64,000 bases of DNA from Octopus vulgaris (Eukaryota). A program made the translations under genes and the position numbers. Shown one piece after another: positions 53,700 to 64,000 of this stretch (the first letter of the stretch is position 1; each line of letters opens with the position of its first letter). The stretch spans positions 82,894,001-82,958,000 of the forward strand of contig OX597826.1 in the NCBI GenBank assembly GCA_951406725.2, written 5' to 3'. A model generated the notes under the pieces. That model did no database searches. It was not told the origin of the DNA and saw only the letters and a program-made list of their open reading frames with translations.

Positions 53700-53754
53700 T
53701 CATCAGCTTACAGCTGTTTCGGATACAAGAATATGTGCATCCAGAGTTCAACTG
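53700..53754 (-). ncRNA. HHR-like motif with displaced core
   Basis: Minus strand: CAGTT-GAACTCT-GGATGCA/TGTATCC-GAAA-CAGCTG-TA-AG-CTGATGA. Confidence 0.45.
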
Positions 53755-56160
53755 TGTCATTCATACATCCGCCACACTCACACACATACATGCACGCACT
53801 CACACTCACACGCACACACACACACATGCACCCAAATACAAACAAACAAACACACACACACGCTCAAATAGATATAAAGAATTAGAGAAAGTGAGCGAGT
53901 GAGATAAACACTCAAACACAAGCACCGATATATTTACACAGATAGAAACACGTCACGTCTTCTCAACGTCGATGCGAATTAAATATGAAATGAATACGCT
54001 GAATTTAATGAAATTTAAATTTTAAAGATATTTTGTAGCATATAAAATATAATGTAATTTATAATATAGCATAAAATGTATCACATAACACATTGTATAC
54101 AATTTTAAACGTATCATATATGGGATAATAGAAATGGAGTAAAACATGAAAGCGCCGCGCTGTAAAGGCATAAAAGAATTAAAATATATATTAAAATATA
54201 TATGTGGTAGTAAAATAGAAAATATTGAATGAAATACCTAATATGATATGATATAATATATATGAAATAGAACATAGAAACTATAAGATGGAAATAAAAA
54301 TGAAAATATAACATTAAACACAATTGTGATATTGAAAATAGTAAAAATAATAACTTTAAAAAAATGAAAACTGATTTGATGTGTGGAGAATAACTATGTT
54401 TTTTATGACAGTTTTTTTTTAAATGATTTTGGAAAACATTTATACAAAATGATATGTTTATAAAACGTGTTTCTTGTTAGTGGGTTGTTTATCTGGATCA
54501 AATGATTCTCAGCCGATCCTGATCCACTGAGGTAAGCTCGGACTTTTTGTTTAAAATGAACAGCCAGAGTACAATATGTTGGATTTTAGTGTTGAAGAGA
54601 GACATAGGCTTCCTATGTTTTCTCTTAATGTATTTATGATGATATGAACACTGTGCGTTTTTATCAATGAATACAATTGTGCAGACGCATGCGTGTGGGT
54701 AAATTCGTGTAAATGTATGTGTATGTTTCTCTTTAGCCATGCATGTATATGTGTTTATGCATCTATACACATACATGTACGTCAACGGGTATGTGGGAAA
54801 ATGCGTGCTTGTGTACGTGTTTCTATGTATGTAATCCTTTTGCTATTTGGAAATGGCTTCTATATCTCCTAAACCTCAATTCGGTACATTGAGAACCTTT
54901 CCGGTTATTCAAGTCATTATCCTCTATTCGATCCCTGGTTGCATTGGTTGGGGTTTATAATGACTGACCAGATTCTGAAGATTATTTCTGTTTAGACCTG
55001 GATATAGAGTCTCCTTGCCAGAAGAATATTATTTCTGGCTTACATCACCGTTCAAAATGATTGATAGTAAGTTCACATTTATATATTATCAGGTGAAATG
55101 ATCTTGGCCCCAGATAACAATACCTTATATACAATCTTTCCACTGCAGGTGAAAGAAGTCTAGATATTCGAATGACAAGGAGCTCCGGGTTACGATCTCT
55201 TTACGGTAGAGTGGATAGGTGTGTGGCTTCTTGATTAAATTCTAATATGAGGGCTGCGATATTTTCTCCGCAATTCTAATTATGTACTCTACAGAAATAT
55301 TCTGTTGCATTAGAAAAACATTAAAATTGCATAGAATGTTTACTGTTTCAATTTTTGTCAGTATGTATAAAGTTTAAAATGTACATAAATCCAGAGAAGA
55401 CAATTCTCAGGCAAAACTGAATCAGGCTATGTTCCATGAGAATGTGTATTTCCTAAAATGCAGCAGACTTATTAATAACACACAAATCAGGTTGGTTCTT
55501 AGTTTCTATACTTATAAGCAACAACCCTCTCTCTCTCTCTCTTCATATATATATAGCGATGTATATTCAAGAGCTCAAGGGTAGGTAAAGAATAATTATC
55601 TTTAAAACAAATCTGTAAGAGATTCTTAATAATTTTTTCTGTTTACAATAGGATGTTTTAACATCTTTTGCAATGCTCACAGGGAATGTTATCGAATAAA
55701 TAACCGCAGGCTTATATGCAGGCTTACATGTTATACGCACATGTATGCGTTTGTGTATGTGTGCGTGTGTTTGTATAGTTGTGCGTGTAACTGAATGTGT
55801 GTGTTGGTAATTTTGTATACTCGCATGGATGCATGAGTAACAGTGCCAACAGGCACAAACGCACGCGTTCACACACACACACACACACATATATTTAGGT
55901 ACATGAATACGTACACAGATAGGAAAATGGACACAGTTCTCGATTACCGGTTAAAGTACTGTTGAAAAGTTGAATACCGAAACGAGTGAATGGGGAAAGA
56001 ATACAGACAGAAGAAAAAAAACTATACACGCGTCTCTTCCTTTCTCTCTCTCTATATGCCATGTATACTTATAGTTATAGATACATACATACATATGCCA
56101 TCATAGATCGCTAGCCACTAGACCATTTCCTATTTTCTCTTCCTGTTTATTTCTGTGTTC

Positions 56161-56196
56161 CTTTCTGTCGAAGAGCGTAAGCTCGAAACGTTAAAG
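56161..56196 (+). ncRNA. minimal type I HHR motif (CUGUCGA variant)
   Basis: CTTT-CTGTCGA-A-GAGC-GTAA-GCTC-GAAA-CG-TT-AAAG. Confidence 0.6.
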
Positions 56197-56286
56197 ACTT
56201 TTTCATTTCCCGAGTGTTATACTAATACATCTGTTTGTTGTCTACGCCACCTGTCTTCGTCTTTTGTTGCTTTTTTGTGAATTCTC

Positions 56287-56335
<49 letters not shown>

Positions 56336-56959
56336 GTAATATTTATCGTCACTTAAACGTGAGTGTTCTCTGGGGAATGACGATGTTGCCTCCCACGAAG
56401 ACATCTCCTTCAGCTGGTTTATTCAGTGCTCTGACGCACTCGACATTTATTGCAAGTATAGAGCGGTAATAAGTAAATGAGATGATAAAGGAATGCAAAG
56501 GAATAAATGATTAGCTTATGAACTCCATTAGCTTAGAGCTGTTTCTGCCTTAATTTGCAATGGAGTCATGGTCGAATGCCTGAGCAACACCTTCTGGTTT
56601 CAGCGGACTCTGGAATATGAAGTGCAATTTACGTTGGAAAACAATTACTTTAATGTATATAAACTTTACCAATGAGAATTCTCATTGGTAATGTTTCTTC
56701 CTATATATATGTGCATGAATAAAGTTAAATAAAACCTTGAGGACAGAACACTTAATATCAGTAGAAGTTTATGCATGGTTACATAATGTTCATGCTACCG
56801 AAAGATAATATTGATTACAGGAAAAGTCGTTGCTCCCGCACAGGTGATAGTCACATTACATTTCATGCAGAAGGCTAAGACTTTGCTATCCAGAAACAAA
56901 AAATTCTTCAAGTTATCTAATGAACAATATAGATAAGGATGCCTATATGTTTCATTCTT

Positions 56960-57260
56960 ATGGCGGAAAATGTCGCTAGAACATACCACAGTCGAAATTA
57001 TCCCTCACATCATCAGCAGATATTTAAGAATATCCGATATGCATTACCTTCCCTGGAGACATAACACTGTCGTTAAACTTATTTACAATTCTGCTCGCAA
57101 GAACAATTGTCCTGGCAGCCATATTATAAGTACACCAGAATCAGAACCAGAATGTAGCCATAGAAGTAGAGAATAAGTGTAGAACATTCCCATTGGACGA
57201 GCCCAGGATAGACAAAATTGGCCGGATATTGTTATTTCTATTCGACAGGGTGCAAAATTT
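56960..57260 (+). mobile_element. highly degenerate R4/Dong-like RLE fragment
   Basis: VEIIPHIISR...HYLPWRHNTVVKLIYNSARK...NIPI...QNWPDIVI parallels the 10332-11442 element. Confidence 0.65.
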
Positions 57261-58625
57261 ATGCGCGGTTGTAGTGATACATATAACACTTGCAACATCA
57301 TTAAAAACGCACATAGATATGATATAGATATATTTTATATTACTGATGTGTATTACTTGATAGGTAACGCTAGAATTATACTCTGAAGTAACAGTGGTAA
57401 AGTCACTACACTGAATAACTTACACTCTACTTCTTCTTTGATCACATTCCCCCCTCGTGCATGTAGATCCAATCTCAAGTACAACTCCTATCAAGCACAA
57501 CTATTGTCAATCTCAAGCACACCTGTTATTAAATCACAACCACAGATGAATTTCAACTCAAGACGTACAGTCGGACGAAGTGTCGCTAAGCATTTTGTCT
57601 GACGTGCTAACGATTCTCCCAAACCATCATTTTGAATTAATTTCAAATATAAACAAAACTTCTAATCACACAAATTTAGTCGCATCTTAGTTTTCCACAG
57701 CATTAATTCTTTACTTCTTCATTATCGCTATTGGCACTTTTCGATATCTGTTTGTCTTATTGATATCGTCCATCGATAAATGCATTGATTTTTCTAAGGA
57801 ATTCAAGACCTAATTGAGATTTCCAAACTTTTCTATGAAATAAATATGTATGAAATATATATATATCAAATATATATGAAATATATATACTTTTCTATGA
57901 AATATATATGTAGAGGGGAGCGGCTAAAGAATACTTTGTTCCCTGTGATGAGACATGTTCACTGTTGAGAAACATTTTAATGTTTGGGGACGGAAAAATT
58001 TATTGAAACTGATGCGATTTTGCGTTTTTATGTATGAAACCAACATATATTGTGCAATAGGATTTCTTTATTGCGTAGATATTTGATAAAGATAAATGAA
58101 TAATCGCTCTCTCTCCTCTACGGATTGCACCGACTCAACTGCCACAGAGTAAGGTTATATAAATAGAAAACAGGTAGGTTTCATTGTGAATCAATCAAAT
58201 ACTTTCTCAAAAGAATAAATAATTGGTAACTACAAAAGAGTCTGAAGTATTCTATTAAGCAGGAGACTGGAGACATTGTCATTGCACAATATTTCCCAAC
58301 AACAATTCCATACTGATTTCTTTCTACTCAAGTGATCACATACTTCCGGAGATCACAGTTCCTACTAAATTCTCTAACTGTCAAACTGTCAAAAACAACT
58401 ATCTTACACACTTGACTCACATCCACTTACACACAGCCAGGCATACACTCACTCACTCGCACGCACATACGCATACGCGCTCACACACACGCGCGCTCGC
58501 GCACGCACGCACAATGGCATGCAGACGTACATTAGATAGGATTGTATATGTGAGTATATATTATAATAACAATAACATGTATAATATATATTAATTGCAT
58601 TTATCTAGGTTTGTGTGCGTTTAGG

Positions 58626-58670
<45 letters not shown>

Positions 58671-58706
58671 TGACAGGCATACAAACATTTTGAAATATCG
58701 ATCGGT

Positions 58707-59379
<673 letters not shown>

Positions 59380-60634
59380 CTTATGCATGTAATTACATAC
59401 AGACATGTGTGTTTGTGTGTTTATTAGCTTAATCTGGCGGAAGTGGTTGTGCCCATAGCTTTCTCAGAGATTACCACGATCGATGTGATTATCCTTCGTT
59501 TCAAGTAATTAGAGCTGATGGGAAAGCTGTTGTAGGATGAAGAAAAACATGATCCACCAAAGCAGTTCTCACAGAATTCAACGTACAGATCCTAAAATCC
59601 AACAAAAATTTAAACTTTAGCACATTTGTTGGGTGCACAAAGTCATAGGCAGAACCTGTCCATCCTGACTAAACAAAATAAATTCGTTTTGTAATTTTCT
59701 TATTTCTCACTCACAATTATATTCTTAAATAAGTTTTCTCCTTATCCACCTGTTTACCATTTAAAAGTTTTAGACATTTATAACTAAACACTGGGTTAGT
59801 AAAGGTTTGGGGGACAGTATTTTCTCTCGAAAACTAAATTGTAAAATGCTAATATAAAGTCGTGACGTGGTCGACTTTATCATTGCTCTTCCTGCGTTTT
59901 CGCAAAACGTAATATTTAAGCTCTGAAGTCACTGGTCATGGATTATATGTTTATCTTACATTTTATTTTACTTAATGTCAATGTTAGAAGTCAATATTCA
60001 ACACGTAAAGTAAGACTGGATTGTGCAGAATGGAAGAAAAAGTGCGAGTAAGATAGACAGATGCCAGGCTTCGAAAATATGGTCGAAGATCTTAGCTGAC
60101 AATGTCAATCCACAGCTGGAAGACATTCCGAAGTATATATATCAATATTATACATTTTGCGTAAAGGAAATTTCCATGATGTGATATGTATGCCTTTCTT
60201 TAAGGTATTACTAAAAGGAAACGGTTTTAGCTTAAAATGGAAGCAAGTCCACTGAATCAGAGAGCCACAATATTGTAAACTTTTCTCTAAGATTATTACC
60301 CACGCTACAAGCTTTGCTTATCTTCCTATCTGAAACACCAGTGGTGCATAGTGTCCTTGAGAGCATGTTTTCAATGCATAAGAACTGTTCAGCCCTCTTC
60401 AGTAATAAACTGGTAACGCGGTCAAACTAGAGGGTTTGACCCGAGCAAAAGAAAAAATAGTGTAATAGGTGTAAAACAACATGTAGTAAATGAATATGAA
60501 AAGAAATGCGCGCTGGCGAAGGTGGGGTGTATATGCATACACATACATATGTCTGTGTGATTTGCATGCAATGTACATATATAGAGAATGGGCTAGAAAT
60601 AATTATATATAAATATATATATATACATACGCAC

Positions 60635-60662
<28 letters not shown>

Positions 60663-60666
<4 letters not shown>

Positions 60667-60911
60667 TGTTATATTTCGGAATGGTCATATTGCCAGTTTA
60701 GCCAATAAAAACACACGCACTATATATTTGGTGTTATTTTGCTTCAGTGATATTTATTTTTTACATTAATCTTAATCTTATTTGCCAAAGTTCTTTCGTC
60801 ACACTCCTATGTAAAAAATAAATATCACTGAAGCAAAATAACACCAAATATATAGTGCGTGTGTTTTTATTGGCTAAACTGGCAATATGACCATTCGAAA
60901 TATAACAATAT
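60663..60911. repeat. near-perfect inverted repeat, ~104-bp arms with ~40-bp spacer
   Basis: ATATTGTTATATTTCGGAATGGTCATATTGCCAG...TTTTTTACAT mirrored by ATGTAAAAAA...CTGGCAATATGACCATTCGAAATATAACAATAT. Confidence 0.93.
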
Positions 60912-60965
60912 CTGTTTCAACACACGACTTCACATAAAAAATCTTGCACAACAAATATTTAAACG

Positions 60966-60994
<29 letters not shown>

Positions 60995-60996
<2 letters not shown>

Positions 60997-62385
60997 GTTT
61001 GCCTGAAATCACCCGACAACAGAAGCGTTACACCTTCTATTAGAGCCTGTCAGTCTCGGATGTCTTTCAGGACTCTATCTAATGCTTCCAAAGCTCCCTT
61101 GCGAGCTCTGGTGTACTCATCCCAGACGATTAGATGATACCTTTTAAGTATCTGCCCCTGATCTGAGCTTTTACTGATGTTGCATAAAGGCATCTCGGAT
61201 GCTGCTAAATTGAGAGGGAGTTTAAAAGTCGAGTGTACTCTCCTGCCACAGAGTAACAAAGTAGCTCCAATCCCAGAGGAAGCTACAGCTACCACGATGT
61301 CCTGGTGCTGCCTAACTTTGCAAGGAGAAGCTTCGTAATAAATGTTTCTCCTGTCTCTCTAGGAGCATCGAGGAAGAAGGTTCGTCCCTCGCGTTGGCGT
61401 ACACTGTTAAGAATAGTTCTGCAGACCTGCAGCTGGTCCGGAAGTAATTTAGGCTCGTTTTCAACATTGTACTTTGAAAGCGCTTGTGTGTAAACCCTCT
61501 GACCTCATGCAGTAGTAGACGCAGGTAGAAGCACTCTTGTTGAGTGGGATGCACTGTGTATACTCACCCAAGGCAAGTGTCAAACTTAATGGCAAGGTAT
61601 CCATGAACATTTTGATCTGCTTTCCTTGGGGCCCATTTTTATCCATTCCAAGTGTAGTACGATGGAATCTGTAGATACAGCAATGTTTGAGCGAATGGAT
61701 CAACTTGACAAAGCTTGAAGAATGAAGTGAGCGAGCTATCCCTTGGTTCCTCTGCCGACAGAGAAGCATTAGCATCGATCAAGTACACTCTTTGACCGTT
61801 TTCCAGGTGCACTGCAAGCTGTTGAATGGCGGGTGTCGTTGGTGAAGCGGAAAGCCAAAGATGCGCCAGAAAGCCTTGTTGCTACTTTTGCACCGTCCCA
61901 CCTGATAGTGCATCACCTTCACTTTGCAGTATTATTGTTGAAGTCCAAACATCACAGCGTCAGAACCCTTGTTCACATGCTTAGAAACGTACTTTGTGAA
62001 CTTAACGGAGTTGCAAAACTCAACGTTGATGTGACCATGGAAACGATTGGGCAGTAGAGAAGAATCCATCTATTATCAACCTCGTGCTGTCCGATAGTTG
62101 CTGTGAAACCGCCGTCTTCTGTCTCTGTATGATGGATACCCATCAGCACTTGTCTGAGTTTCTTGCAGGAACCTCCTTGGAAACCTTTTCGAACTTACGC
62201 TGTCTTTCAAGCATGGTGAGTTTATATTGAATCCACGCCCACGTGGACCATGCACCATATTTGCATTAACTATTTCGAATAGTACTTTGTGTAAAGCTGG
62301 ATCAGGAAGCTCTGCAGAGATTATCCTCTCAATGTCAGTGGATTTGATCTTCGTTGAGAGTCAAAGCAGAATATGAGCATTATAG
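60995..62385 (-). mobile_element. Helitron RepHel relic (HUH Rep plus PIF1-like helicase), deleted and frameshifted
   Basis: Rep: AHILL, IISAELPDP, MVHGP, DGYPSYR, DNRW, HINVEFC...KYVSKHVNKGSD, QLAVHLENGQ, ECFYLRLLL. Helicase: VASSGIGATLL..GR.VHSTFKLP, LIVWDE, GDFRQ. Confidence 0.93.
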
Positions 62386-62490
62386 GCTTACAAAGAATAA
62401 GTCGTGGGGTCGATTTGCTCGACTAAAGGCGGTGATCCAGCATGGCCACAGTCAAATGTCTGAAACAAATAAAAGAGTAAAAGAGTAAAT
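62385..62490 (+). mobile_element. SINE family B, 3' end
   Basis: AGGCTTACAAAGAATAAGTC.TGGGGTCGATTTGCTCGACTAAAGGCGGTG...CAGTCAAATG.CTGAAACAAATAAAAGAGT. Confidence 0.82.
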
Positions 62491-62899
62491 GCAGCCAAGG
62501 AAGTAGCATCACTCTTTATATTCGGTTTAAAGTTATGTATAAGTGTTAAAGATCTTTGTTTAAAGTTCATAGAGTTTATATATAACGTTCAGCCTCCTCC
62601 ATTTGCCTTCTCAAGGACACGATTTTTTTTTCCTTTTCACATGTACAATATTTAGTTGTATGTTTCTGTTCGGTGGTTTAAGATTTAATGGTGTCATGAT
62701 TATTTGTTATGGTGGGTGGTGTTATGTTTGAATTTGTTGTGGAATCATTTATAATAGAATTTGTATCTTATTATTATTAGAACTTTTTAAATAATCATAG
62801 TAATCCTTTATATATTTATCTATTAATAAAATATTATTTATATTATGGACGTATCTCTACTGTGATTTTTATGATATAATTTTTCCTACTTTTACGTTC

Positions 62900-62919
62900 T
62901 AATATATATATATATATAT

Positions 62920-63000
<81 letters not shown>

Positions 63001-63005
63001 TATAC

Positions 63006-63036
<31 letters not shown>

Positions 63037-63239
63037 CATATATATATACATATATATATTTATATTTATATATACATATATATACATATACATATATATA
63101 CATATAAATATACATATATATATATATATTAATATTTATACATCCATATATATATAATTATAATTATATATACATATATGTATAAATATATATATATATT
63201 TATATTTATATATATATACATATTTATATATGTATATAG

Positions 63240-63299
<60 letters not shown>

Positions 63300-63322
63300 T
63301 ATACATACATATATATATATAT
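62900..63322. repeat. long degenerate (TA)n tract
   Basis: Direct reading. Confidence 0.95.
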
Positions 63323-63555
63323 ACTCTTTTATCTTTTATTTGTTTCAGTCATATGACTGTGGCCATGCTAGAGCACCGCCTTTGGTCGAGCAAATCGGCC
63401 CCAGGACTTATTGTTTGTAAGCCTAGTACTTATTTTATCGGTATCTTTTGCCGAACCGCTAAGTTACGGGGACGTAAACACACCAGCGTCGGTTGTCAAG
63501 AGATGTTGGGGGACAAACACATGTACACACAACATACACAGAAACATGTACACAC

Positions 63556-63638
<83 letters not shown>

Positions 63639-63798
63639 TACGGCGGGCTTCTTTCAGTTTCCGTCTACCAAATCCACTCACAAGACTTTGGTCGGCCCGA
63701 AGCTATAATAGAAGACACTTGGCCAAGGTGCTACGCAGTGGGACTGAATCCGGAATCATGTGGTTCGTAAGCAACGTACTTACCACACAGCCACTCCT
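63323..63798 (-). mobile_element. SINE family B, full length
   Basis: Colinear with 50430-50898 on both sides of the internal microsatellite. Confidence 0.88.
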
Positions 63799-64000
63799 AT
63801 ATGTATATATACGACGGGCTACGTTCAGTTTTCATCTTCCAAATCCGATATTGACATCGGCAACATTCGTCAGTTTCTTGAAAATGGGTTCATAAGCCCG
63901 AAATATTGAATGCAAGGTAAGTCTACATTAATTCATATACAAGTTCATTTCCGTAATATATGTATATACTGCTTTGGCATGATAACAACAAACTTACGTT

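Overview
AT-rich, microsatellite-saturated eukaryotic DNA. The SINE families and repeat landscape point to an octopus (coleoid cephalopod) genome; this is an inference. I found no intact host protein-coding gene, and nearly all listed ORFs are translations of simple repeats. The window is a mosaic of decayed transposons: one Penelope/Poseidon-type RT+GIY-YIG element, at least five fragments of Naiad-type Penelope-like elements (PLEs), three R4/Dong-like RLE LINE 3' fragments, two RTE LINE fragments, a full-length mariner relic, a non-autonomous MULE, a Helitron RepHel relic and many tRNA-derived SINEs. The most striking signal is a dense set of about 15 type-I hammerhead ribozyme (HHR) motifs from several unrelated short repeat families. 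Two have an intact core (1912-2021 + and 59043-59099 -); the rest are variant or degenerate, and several lie in long inverted repeats or PLE pseudo-LTRs. Other highlights: a pseudo-LTR with a tRNA-like Pol III head upstream of an HHR; a Naiad copy with a twin-priming-like inversion, a ~650-nt low-complexity insert splitting GIY from YIG and a TGA at a conserved Cys (possible selenocysteine); and a SINE that multimerises through a fixed GTATTTC junction. All alignments and folds were done by eye.
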